This document shows positions 54,593-63,411 of a DNA stretch of 64,000 nt, in pieces; within the stretch, counting starts at the first letter, position 1, and every line of letters begins with the position of its first letter. A program made the position numbers and the translations under genes. Source of the DNA: Candidatus Moraniibacteriota bacterium (GTDB lineage: Bacteria; Patescibacteriota; Minisyncoccia; Moranbacterales; UBA2206); contig JAAXWW010000001.1 in assembly GCA_013334765.1 (NCBI GenBank), positions 108,589 through 172,588 on the forward strand. Reading direction: 5' to 3'. The notes under the pieces are model-generated. The model had not been told where the DNA came from. It ran no database searches and saw only the letters and a program-made list of their open reading frames with translations.

Positions 54593-56818
54593 ATGAAACG
54601 TTTGGCTAGCATGGTCGTTATGCTATTCGCGATTGTTTTCGCTGGTATGGCTTTCGCCGGCTATCCTTATGAAAACTTCTGTCCGAACGGAGGGCGAGTT
54701 TTCAGTGACGATTATTATAATACGAGTGATAAGTACTGGGTGGATATTTGGAAGTTTGGAGAATGCGAATGCACCTCGTATGTTGCCTGGAAATTGAATG
54801 ATTTTATCGGGCGATCAAATTCTGACCCGGCGTTTTTCAATTCGTACTACATTAATAGATGGGGGAATGCCTACGGATGGAAAAGCCCGGTTGATGACGA
54901 GGTGTTCGCTCACTTCAGTCGTACGCCGGAGTATTTCTCAAAATCCGAACGGTCATATCCGTGGAAGCCGTATAAAGGGGGAATGTTCGATGTCAGAGCA
55001 GCCGTTGCATGGTGGGACAAGGGGAGTGGCGCATTGAGCTATGGCCATGTCGCTTTCGTGGATAGCATTTCGTGGAATAGCGATAAGACTGCTTCTAGCA
55101 TAACGGTTTCCGAATATAACTGGAACAATCCGCATGAATTCGGGCGCAGAACTTTGCGTCCGGGAGATTCGGGATATCCTGACGGATTTCTCTATATAGT
55201 GACCGACACATTTGTCGAGTGTTCTGATACTGATCTTTGCAGGAAGACGGTCAATGCTGGCGGCGGAGGTGGTGGTATTGTTGATTATCCTAATCTCAGG
55301 GTAAATAGCGTGGGTGTATTTACGCTTGATGGCCATGAGAAGAATGAACAGGCGTCGTTTCTCAGTATCGGGGAGACTTACGAAATTAGGGTTTATCCTG
55401 TTTCCGAAAAAGAGGACTGCGCAAGCGGGGTTGATTCGGATATTGAAAACGTGGAAACGGATATCTATTACAAGATTTCCAACGAGGATTCAGACGGTGA
55501 ATGGGCTTTTCTCAAGAGGGTTTATACTCGTCCTTCAACCTTGACCGAGGGAAATACCAACAAGGAGACAGCTTACTTCAAGATACCCGAAGAAGCCGCA
55601 AACAGGCGGATATATTTCAAGGCTAGGGTGGATGCGGCCAGCGAAGTCCATGAAACTGATGAGGGTGATAACGAGTCCTATTGGCAGAAAGAGTGGTATC
55701 CGGTCGCTGGAAACTATGATTTCATCATCTCTTACGCTCAAGTCAATAGCGGAAGATCTTCGCTCAACGAGGGAGATCGCTACGGTTTCGAAATGGGTGT
55801 CAAGAATATCGGAACGGATAGGCCGCTAGTGGGAATCCGGAGCGCTTATTATCACCAGGATCCTGGTTCTGCTGACGCTTGGGAGCTGGTTGCGACGGAT
55901 GGAACGGATAATTATGATCTGGTGCCTGGATTGGTCAAAGAAGAAACAACCCATTACCAGCCTTTTGTTGCCAAGAACCCAGGCATTCATAAAGCGAAGA
56001 TCTGTGCTGATTACGAAGGCAATGTGCCGGAAAAGGATGAAACGAACAATTGCATCGTTTTTTCTTTCGGTGTGAACATGCATCGTCCCGACTTCGTAAT
56101 ATCCCAATTCGGTCTTACGGGTGGACGGACATCGCTTAATCTTGGTGAACATTTCGGGCTGCGAGCAGTAGTATCTAATCAGGGATCGGCACCAGCCGTT
56201 ATTGATATTCGTAGCGCTTACTATCTTAAATTACCCGGGGAAGTTAGCTGGAAATACGTCCAAGATGATGGTACTGACGCTAATGAGCTCTGTCCAGGGT
56301 GTTCGCATGAAGAAGTGACCTTGAATGATCCTTTCCTGGCAAGTTCCGTGGGAACATGGCAAGCAATGGCTTGCGCTAATTATCAGCAAGCATCCGAAGT
56401 TGATTCGACCAATGATTGCTCAACCTTCTCATTTGAGGTTAAGCCTGTCGGACCGGATTTTGTTATTTCAGATCTGTATATAAAGGTTGGTAGTGCGGTT
56501 TATCGTGAAGGGTCGACGATCAAGAGAAATTCTGTCGTCCATCCTTACGCGATAGTTTCCAATATTGGCAATTCATCGATACATCCAGGATTCAGAATTG
56601 CGTATTATATAGATGCTGATAAATTCCGCGATTCGGATGGTCTGAATTCTAATGAGGTGTGTGCAGGCTGTTCGAAGACGGAATATATCTCCAACGACGG
56701 CATACGGCTTGGGGAAAAGGGGGCTAGAACATATAGGTGTTGCGCTGATTATCAAGGAGCAGCTCCTGAGCTAGACGAAACGAATAACTGCAAGACGATG
56801 ACTTTTCGCATAAAGTAG
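54593..56818 (+). CDS. Secreted CHAP-domain peptidoglycan amidase/peptidase fused to four CARDB-like repeats
   Basis: Signal peptide 'MKRLASMVVMLFAIVFAGMAFA'; CHAP Cys 'GECECTSYVAWKL' and His 'YGHVAFVDSI'; four repeats ending 'E(K/T)DETNNC'. Confidence 0.6.
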   Translation: MKRLASMVVMLFAIVFAGMAFAGYPYENFCPNGGRVFSDDYYNTSDKYWVDIWKFGECECTSYVAWKLNDFIGRSNSDPAFFNSYYINRWGNAYGWKSPVDDEVFAHFSRTPEYFSKSERSYPWKPYKGGMFDVRAAVAWWDKGSGALSYGHVAFVDSISWNSDKTASSITVSEYNWNNPHEFGRRTLRPGDSGYPDGFLYIVTDTFVECSDTDLCRKTVNAGGGGGGIVDYPNLRVNSVGVFTLDGHEKNEQASFLSIGETYEIRVYPVSEKEDCASGVDSDIENVETDIYYKISNEDSDGEWAFLKRVYTRPSTLTEGNTNKETAYFKIPEEAANRRIYFKARVDAASEVHETDEGDNESYWQKEWYPVAGNYDFIISYAQVNSGRSSLNEGDRYGFEMGVKNIGTDRPLVGIRSAYYHQDPGSADAWELVATDGTDNYDLVPGLVKEETTHYQPFVAKNPGIHKAKICADYEGNVPEKDETNNCIVFSFGVNMHRPDFVISQFGLTGGRTSLNLGEHFGLRAVVSNQGSAPAVIDIRSAYYLKLPGEVSWKYVQDDGTDANELCPGCSHEEVTLNDPFLASSVGTWQAMACANYQQASEVDSTNDCSTFSFEVKPVGPDFVISDLYIKVGSAVYREGSTIKRNSVVHPYAIVSNIGNSSIHPGFRIAYYIDADKFRDSDGLNSNEVCAGCSKTEYISNDGIRLGEKGARTYRCCADYQGAAPELDETNNCKTMTFRIK

Positions 56819-56837
56819 CTCTTTCAGGCAATAGCTT

Positions 56838-56872
56838 AACCCCGGCTTTATTTGAAGTCGGGGTTATTTTAT
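56838..56872 (+). terminator. Terminator-like hairpin after the CHAP gene
   Basis: aaccccggc...gtcggggtt followed by a weak T-run. Confidence 0.45.
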
Positions 56873-57039
56873 AGTCAGCAGAGTTGCCATTAGCATGCCA
56901 AGTCGTACATCGTGTTGACTATAACGGCGCAGTATCTTATTATTCTTGTATATGACCGAGGGGTTTGGCTCCCTTGGAAAAGTGAATAAATCAAGGTGCC
57001 TTCTGCTTGGCGGGAGGAAGCTAGATGGAATCGCGAGGA

Positions 57040-57105
57040 AACCTCGTTCTAGCAACTGAAGAAGCAACGATGCTTCTTGGTTGTCGGAACGAGGTTTTTT
57101 GTTGA
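57040..57105 (+). promoter_or_regulatory. Long terminator-like hairpin (attenuator candidate) in the glyQS leader
   Basis: aacctcgttc...(inner gaagaagca/tgcttcttg)...gaacgaggtt followed by TTTTTTG, about 150 nt upstream of the glyQS ATG. Confidence 0.35.
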
Positions 57106-57251
57106 TATTATGCTGGCAAAGGCGTTTCTTTTTCGGCACGCCCTTGGACAAGGAGTTAATGTCCAAGGGCTAAGAATTCGCTCTTGCTCATTATTGCCTC
57201 AAAAGAAACGCCTTTACCTTAATTATTAAAATTACTAATAATCAAAAATAT

Positions 57252-58646
57252 ATGACAGAAAAAAAAGAGGGATTGATGGAAAAAATAGTTTCCTTGTGCA
57301 AGAGGCGCGGATTCGTTTTTCCGAGTTCGGAAATCTATGGCGGATTCGCGGCGGTGTATGATTTCGGTCCATACGGAGTGGAACTGGCCAGGAATATCCG
57401 CGAAGCGTGGTGGAACGCGATGGTGCGTGATCATGAGAATATCGTGGGATTGGACAGCGCCATATTCATGCATCCGAAAGTTTGGGAGGCGTCGGGACAT
57501 GTCGGGGGATTCGCTGATCCTTTGGCGGAATGCCGTGAGTGTCATTTCCGGGCGCGCGTCGATCATCTCTTGGAAGAAGTCGGCGTGTTTGCCGATGAGA
57601 AGATGACTGAAGAAGAAATCAATCAGCTGATGAAAGAGAACAAGGATAGGATAAAATGTCCGAAATGCGGGAAGAGAGATTTTTCCGAGGCGAAGAAATT
57701 CAATCTGCTGGTCCAATCGAATCTGGGAAATTTCACGGGAGATTGGGGGAAGGAACCGACATATCTTCGTGGTGAGACCTGCCAGGGGATATATGTGAAT
57801 TTCAAGAACGTGCTTGACTCGACCCGTGTCAAAGTCCCGTTCGGAATCGCGCAGATCGGGAAGGCTTTCAGGAACGAAATCACTGCCAGGCAGTTCATTT
57901 TCAGGAAACGCGAATTCGAACAGATGGAGATGCAATATTTCGTTCACCCGGAAAGCGCGTCCGCGGCATATGACGAGTGGCGGGAAAAGCGCTGGCAATA
58001 TTATCTGGATCTTGGAATCAAAAAGGAGAATCTCAAGTGGCATGAGCATGAGAATCTTGTTTTCTATGCCAAAGCGGCTTGGGATATCGAATATAATTTT
58101 CCATTCGGATTCAAGGAGTTGGAAGGAATCCATAACCGCAGCGATTATGACCTGACGCAGCATTCGAAATTTTCAGGAGCGGATCTGTCTTATCGCGACC
58201 CTAAGACCAATGAGAAATATGTTCCTTGGATCGTGGAAACTTCAGTGGGGCTCGACAGGACTTTCCTGGCGGTTATGACCGAGGCCTATACTGAAGAGGA
58301 AGTTGCTGACGGTGATATTCGCACAGTGCTTAAATTTCCCAAGAAACTTGCTCCGATCAAGGCGGCGGTTTTTCCTCTGCTTAAGAACAAGCCGGAGCTG
58401 GTCGACAAGGCCAAAGCGATTTATGATGAATTGAAATCGAGTTTCATGTGTGAATTCGATGATAATGGCAATGTCGGCAAGCGCTACCGCCGTCAGGATG
58501 AGATCGGGACGCCGTATTGCATTACGGTCGATTTCGAAACGCTTTCCGACGGAGCGGTTACGGTGAGGGATCGCGATACGATGCTGCAGGAAAGGATAAA
58601 GATCGAAGAACTCAAGAAATACTTAGAGGATAATCTGGGTAAATAG
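57252..58646 (+). CDS. glyQS: Glycyl-tRNA synthetase (dimeric alpha2 type)
   Basis: 'FVFPSSEIYGGFAAVYDFGPYG' N-terminal signature; class II core; 464 aa. Confidence 0.85.
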   Translation: MTEKKEGLMEKIVSLCKRRGFVFPSSEIYGGFAAVYDFGPYGVELARNIREAWWNAMVRDHENIVGLDSAIFMHPKVWEASGHVGGFADPLAECRECHFRARVDHLLEEVGVFADEKMTEEEINQLMKENKDRIKCPKCGKRDFSEAKKFNLLVQSNLGNFTGDWGKEPTYLRGETCQGIYVNFKNVLDSTRVKVPFGIAQIGKAFRNEITARQFIFRKREFEQMEMQYFVHPESASAAYDEWREKRWQYYLDLGIKKENLKWHEHENLVFYAKAAWDIEYNFPFGFKELEGIHNRSDYDLTQHSKFSGADLSYRDPKTNEKYVPWIVETSVGLDRTFLAVMTEAYTEEEVADGDIRTVLKFPKKLAPIKAAVFPLLKNKPELVDKAKAIYDELKSSFMCEFDDNGNVGKRYRRQDEIGTPYCITVDFETLSDGAVTVRDRDTMLQERIKIEELKKYLEDNLGK

Positions 58647-58651
58647 AAAAT

Positions 58652-60157
58652 ATGAATCAGAATTCCATAGAAAAATTCAAGGAAGAATTGGCGGAAATAT
58701 ATCATCTTGGCGCTGCTGTTTCCGTGCTTCATTGGGATCAGGATGTGAATATGCCCAAAAAAGGAATGGAAATGAGAGCCAAGTCTATCGCCAATCTTTC
58801 TGGGATACTGCATGACAAATTCGTTTCGCCTTCTTTTTCCAGACTGGTGAGAGCGGCGAAAAAAGAATTGGATGGCGGAAAGCTGAGCGATGAGAACGCT
58901 TGCATCGTGAGGGAAATATGGCGCGAGTTTTCCAGGGAGAAGAAGCTGCCGCTGGAATTCGTCAAGGAGCTGTCAGAGACGACATCCGTGGCGACATCTG
59001 TCTGGGCTGAAGCGAGAAAAGAGAACGATTTCGGACTCTTCTTGCCGTATCTCAAGAAGATAGTGTCGCTTAAGAGGAAAGAGGCGGAGCTTGTCGGATA
59101 TAAGGATTCTCCGTATGACGCCCTGCTGGATGCCTATGAACCTGGCATGACGGCGCGCGAGATTGAGATGATATTTTCTGAGCTGAGGGATTTCCTGGTT
59201 CCTTTCTTGGCGAATATCATGAAATCAAAAGTGAGAGTCAGGAATATCCTGAAGGGTAAATTTCCTATTGAGCGCCAGGTCGAGTTCAACAAGGCTGTAG
59301 CGGAGAAGATCGGGTTCGATTTCGATGCTGGAAGATTGGATATAAGCACTCATCCTTTCACGACGCAGTTCCATCCGGGGGATGTCAGGATAACGACCAG
59401 ATATAGTGACAGAGACCCTTTCTATTCTATCGGAAGCACTATCCATGAATCGGGGCATGCTCTTTATGAGCAGGGAATACCGATGGAAAACTTCGGTTCT
59501 CCGTTGGGCGATGCTATTTCGCTCGGAATCCACGAATCGCAGTCGCGCATGTGGGAGAATATTGTCGGTAGGAGTGAAAATTTCTGGAAATATTTTTTTC
59601 CGCGCCTTAAGAAGGCTTTTCCCAAGAATTTCGATAAAGCGGAAATGGGCGATATCTATAGATATGTGAATGCGGTGAAGCCCTCGCTTATCAGGACGGA
59701 AGCGGATGAAGTGACATATAATCTGCATATCATCATGCGTTTTGAGATAGAGAAGGAATTGATTGAAGGAAGCATTGCAGTTGAAGACCTGCCGAAGATT
59801 TGGAACAGTAAAGTGAAGGAGTATTTCGGAATAGATGTTCCGAATGATGCTCTCGGGGTTTTGCAGGATGTGCATTGGTCGGGAGGATTGATTGGATATT
59901 TTCCGACCTATGCTCTTGGCAATCTTTATAGTGCCCAATTCTATGAGGCTGCCAAGCGGGATGTTCTGAATCTGGAAAAAGAGATCCGAGCCGGACAATT
60001 CGCGCATCTGCTCAACTGGCTTAGGAAGAATATCCATATTCATGGTAAGATGTTCACAGCCAGGGAGCTGATTGAAAATGCCAGCGGCGAGCCTTTGAAT
60101 GCGCAATATTTCATGGATTACATCGAGGACAAATATTCCAGGATCTATGGATTTTAG
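58652..60157 (+). CDS. M32 carboxypeptidase (Taq-type thermostable carboxypeptidase family)
   Basis: 'HESGHALYEQG' HEXXH and 'DVRITTRY', 'HPF' family motifs; 501 aa. Confidence 0.8.
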   Translation: MNQNSIEKFKEELAEIYHLGAAVSVLHWDQDVNMPKKGMEMRAKSIANLSGILHDKFVSPSFSRLVRAAKKELDGGKLSDENACIVREIWREFSREKKLPLEFVKELSETTSVATSVWAEARKENDFGLFLPYLKKIVSLKRKEAELVGYKDSPYDALLDAYEPGMTAREIEMIFSELRDFLVPFLANIMKSKVRVRNILKGKFPIERQVEFNKAVAEKIGFDFDAGRLDISTHPFTTQFHPGDVRITTRYSDRDPFYSIGSTIHESGHALYEQGIPMENFGSPLGDAISLGIHESQSRMWENIVGRSENFWKYFFPRLKKAFPKNFDKAEMGDIYRYVNAVKPSLIRTEADEVTYNLHIIMRFEIEKELIEGSIAVEDLPKIWNSKVKEYFGIDVPNDALGVLQDVHWSGGLIGYFPTYALGNLYSAQFYEAAKRDVLNLEKEIRAGQFAHLLNWLRKNIHIHGKMFTARELIENASGEPLNAQYFMDYIEDKYSRIYGF

Positions 60158-60354
60158 GTTGTTTTCATCGGGATTCGCGTATTTTAGGAAATTACTATAG
60201 CGACTTTTGTGGTGTCCGGGGAAGCCTGGCAATACATTTAATCAAGCCATAGTACTGTAATATGAATCTTGGTGAGTAATTCTTAAAAATTCCCCAGACA
60301 CCTCATTTGTTATTAAAAATATATAAACAATAAGAATGTTAAGATTTACGAATT

Positions 60355-61623
60355 ATGAAATTCAAGAAAACCAAACTGAAAAACGGGCTTAGGATAATCA
60401 CGGCTCCGATGACCGGAACGGAAACCGCGACAGTGGTTGTGATGGTGGGAGTGGGATCGCGCTATGAAACAGAAAAACAGGCGGGTCTTTCTCATTTCAT
60501 CGAGCATATGATGTTCAAGGGGACTGCGAACCGTCCGACGGCGCTCTCGATTTCTTCGGAGCTGGATGCGATTGGCGGTGAGTTCAATGCTTTCACATCC
60601 AAGGATGCGACCGGGTATTATGCCAAGGCGGATGCTAGGCATATGGATATTGCGCTGGATGTGATTTTCGATATGTTCTTGAATTCTAAATTGGATCAAG
60701 AAGAGATCGATCGCGAAAAAGGGACGATCATTCAGGAGCTCAATATGTATGAGGATAATCCGATGAGAAGCATCGGGGATGTTTTCGAGGGCATGCTGTA
60801 TGCTGGCAATAATCTCGGGCGGGATATCGGAGGATACAAGGAGACTGTGAAATCGTTCAAGCGCAGGGATTTCGTTTCATATATGAAGCGTTTCTATGTG
60901 GCTAATGACACTGTTGTTTCCGTTGCGGGTAAATTCAATGAAAAGAAAATCATACCGCAGATCAAGAAGTATTTCGAAAGCTTCTCTTCCGGGAACAAGG
61001 CGGCGATTTCCAGGGTCAAGGAGAATCAGAAAAAACCTGAAATCAAGGTCAAATTCAAGAAGACCGATCAGACTCATTTCATCGTCGGCACGCGCGCATT
61101 CGATCGGGATGATGATAGGCGCTATGCTCTTTCGCTGCTTTCCATAATCCTGGGCGGGAATATGTCGAGCCGTCTTTTCATCGAAGTACGCGAAAGGAGA
61201 GGCCTGGCATATTATGTCAGGACTACGACGGATCTTTTCGAAGATTGCGGATATATCGCGACGCAGGCGGGAGTGGAGCATGAGAATCTGGAAAAGGCGC
61301 TGAAAGTCATTTTAGAGGAATACAGGAAGATATCTGAAATGAGGGTGAGCGATGAGGAACTCAAGCGTGCTAAGGAATATGTGAAGGGCAAATCGGTGAT
61401 GGGATTGGAGGCATCGGATGAGATGGCGCTTTTCCTTGTGAACCAGGAAATAGAGAAGGGGAATATATTGGAGCAGGAGGAGATTTTCAAGAGGATTGAT
61501 AAGGTGACGGCTGATGATATAATGAAGGTGGCCAAGGAAGTGTTCCGCACCGAGATTCTCAATTTGGCAGTCATCGGTCCGCATAAGAATGAAGATAAGC
61601 TGAGGAATCTGCTGAAATTGTAG
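60355..61623 (+). CDS. M16 family zinc peptidase (pitrilysin-like)
   Basis: Inverted zinc motif 'HFIEHMMFKGT' (HxxEH). Confidence 0.8.
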   Translation: MKFKKTKLKNGLRIITAPMTGTETATVVVMVGVGSRYETEKQAGLSHFIEHMMFKGTANRPTALSISSELDAIGGEFNAFTSKDATGYYAKADARHMDIALDVIFDMFLNSKLDQEEIDREKGTIIQELNMYEDNPMRSIGDVFEGMLYAGNNLGRDIGGYKETVKSFKRRDFVSYMKRFYVANDTVVSVAGKFNEKKIIPQIKKYFESFSSGNKAAISRVKENQKKPEIKVKFKKTDQTHFIVGTRAFDRDDDRRYALSLLSIILGGNMSSRLFIEVRERRGLAYYVRTTTDLFEDCGYIATQAGVEHENLEKALKVILEEYRKISEMRVSDEELKRAKEYVKGKSVMGLEASDEMALFLVNQEIEKGNILEQEEIFKRIDKVTADDIMKVAKEVFRTEILNLAVIGPHKNEDKLRNLLKL

Positions 61624-61632
61624 TTCGGAATC

Positions 61633-61715
61633 GCTTGCCGTCATGGTGCTATTTTACTTGCCTTTCGTTCGCTTCGCTCACACGGAAGCCGCAAAATAGC
61701 ATCATGACGGCAAGC
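61633..61715. repeat. Long near-perfect inverted repeat (25-bp arms, about 33-nt loop); hairpin/terminator, possibly a degenerate relative of the MITE-like family
   Basis: gcttgccgtcatggtgctattttac...gcaaaatagcatcatgacggcaagc; loop contains 'cgcttcgctc' as in the MITE termini. Confidence 0.5.
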
Positions 61716-61737
61716 TTATAAATTTTTTCTATTCATT

Positions 61738-62781
61738 ATGGCTAAGCATGAAGTCGATGTGACGACGGGGATAATTTTCAGGACGGTCTTGATATTGGCT
61801 GGCATTCTGTTTTTGTATCTTATTCTGGATATATTGGCGCTTCTTTTCATCGCGGTGATTATCGCGTCTGCTATGAATCCGGCGATTGATTGGATGGAGA
61901 GGAAAAAGGTTCCGCGTACGGCGGGAGTGCTGATTCTCTATCTGCTTCTGCTCCTGGTTATCGGAGCTGCCATATTTTTTGTCGGTCCCTCCATTGCTGC
62001 TCAAGCTGGAGATTTCTATCAGAAACTGCCTCAATATCTGGAGGGGGTCCAGAATTCGATAAACTCTCTCCGAGACGCTTTCAGCGCTAAGAACATCAAT
62101 TTCAACTATCAGAGTTTTCAAAGCAGTGTGGACGGGGTTGTTTCCAATCTTCCAAGCAATATATTCTTCGGAACGATCGGAATATTTTCCGGACTCATTT
62201 CGGGAGTCATCGCGCTTTCCCTGGCATTCTATATGTCTATTGAGAGGGATGGGATAAAGAAATTCGTCGCGATGCTGGTGCCAGAGTCGCACAAGAAATA
62301 CGCCATTAGCCTCGTGGAGAGAATACAATCAAAAATAGGCAAATGGCTGCTGGGTCAGCTTCTCCTGATGCTTATCATTTTCGTTCTTGATTCCGTGGGA
62401 CTGTATATTATCGGCGTTCCGTATCCGCTTATTTTGGGAGCCTTTGCGGGGCTTATGGAAGTCATAGCCTATATCGGACCCATAATCTCAGCTGTTCCGG
62501 GAATAATCCTAGGGTTCTTCATCTCTCCGACTATCGGATTTTTAGCAATGCTTGTCTACCTGGTGGCTCAGCAACTGGAAGGGAATATCATCGTTCCTCA
62601 GATAATGAAAAAGGCGGTGGGATTGAATCCTATCGCTGTCATTATGGCGCTTCTTATCGGCGCCAAACTGGGCGGAGTGCTTGGCGCTATCCTGGCGATT
62701 CCGATAGCGACTGCTATCGGTCTTTTCCTGAGCGATATCATGAACAGGCAGAAAGAAGCGGAAGGGGCAGAAGGGTTGTGA
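61738..62781 (+). CDS. AI-2E family transporter (PerM/YdiK-like)
   Basis: 8-TM topology with the AI-2E core 'GPIISAVPGII'-type segment; 347 aa. Confidence 0.7.
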   Translation: MAKHEVDVTTGIIFRTVLILAGILFLYLILDILALLFIAVIIASAMNPAIDWMERKKVPRTAGVLILYLLLLLVIGAAIFFVGPSIAAQAGDFYQKLPQYLEGVQNSINSLRDAFSAKNINFNYQSFQSSVDGVVSNLPSNIFFGTIGIFSGLISGVIALSLAFYMSIERDGIKKFVAMLVPESHKKYAISLVERIQSKIGKWLLGQLLLMLIIFVLDSVGLYIIGVPYPLILGAFAGLMEVIAYIGPIISAVPGIILGFFISPTIGFLAMLVYLVAQQLEGNIIVPQIMKKAVGLNPIAVIMALLIGAKLGGVLGAILAIPIATAIGLFLSDIMNRQKEAEGAEGL

Positions 62782-62808
62782 TATTGAAAGGAGTATATTT
62801 GAAAAAGA

Positions 62809-62839
62809 AAAAACCGATTCGCAAGAAATCGGTTTTTTG
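62809..62839. terminator. Bidirectional rho-independent terminator
   Basis: aaaccgatt-cgcaagaa-atcggttt followed by TTTTT. Confidence 0.6.
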
Positions 62840-62870
62840 ATATTTCCGGATAGGATTTCGATTTGTGCCA

Positions 62871-63350
62871 TCAATTCGTTCCGATGATGATCATTATTAT
62901 CACAGCGGCTGAAATCAGGATGTCATTCCTGGCGTTCCTAAGATTCCAATGGCGTTCCCTGGCATCTTTGGGGTATTTCCCATAGCGATGGCAGAAGAAA
63001 TGGAACCTTATTATTTTCCTGAAAATCCTAGTTGGAAACAGCCAATAGATAGCTGTGATAAGATCGGGAAACATCGAAGCGAAGCTGCCGAGAAGTATGT
63101 TTCTGGATTTCTCGGGAGAAAAATCCTTGAAGTATGTCAGGGAAAACACTATCAGGAATGCCGCAGAAAGGTCCAGCGCTATTTTCCACCAGGTATTTTT
63201 AATGGTGGCTTTCTTCTCGTCGAGATATTCCCCATGGCGGAAAGAATCCATGAAGAAGTGGGTTATGAGCGAAAAGACGACTATCCAGAAAGGATTTTCG
63301 ACTTCCTTCCCGATGATGGCGCCGGCAAGGGCATGGGTGGTGAGAATCAT
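62871..63350 (-). CDS. Membrane protein, putative membrane-bound metal-dependent hydrolase (YdjM/DUF457-like)
   Basis: Hydrophobic protein with His-rich 'ITHFFMDSFRHGEY' segment; 159 aa. Confidence 0.4.
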   Translation of the reverse strand: MILTTHALAGAIIGKEVENPFWIVVFSLITHFFMDSFRHGEYLDEKKATIKNTWWKIALDLSAAFLIVFSLTYFKDFSPEKSRNILLGSFASMFPDLITAIYWLFPTRIFRKIIRFHFFCHRYGKYPKDARERHWNLRNARNDILISAAVIIMIIIGTN

Positions 63351-63411
63351 GACTCAAATTGTCAAACGGATGAATTATTGATAGAGTTACTGTATATCTA
63401 ACTTTTCTATC

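Noticed and set aside
56864-57166. 100-aa minus-strand ORF in the glyQS leader region
   Set aside because: No RBS or motif; the region is better explained as structured non-coding leader.
59225-60232. 335-aa minus-strand ORF
   Set aside because: Antisense to the M32 carboxypeptidase gene (HEXXH present on the + strand).
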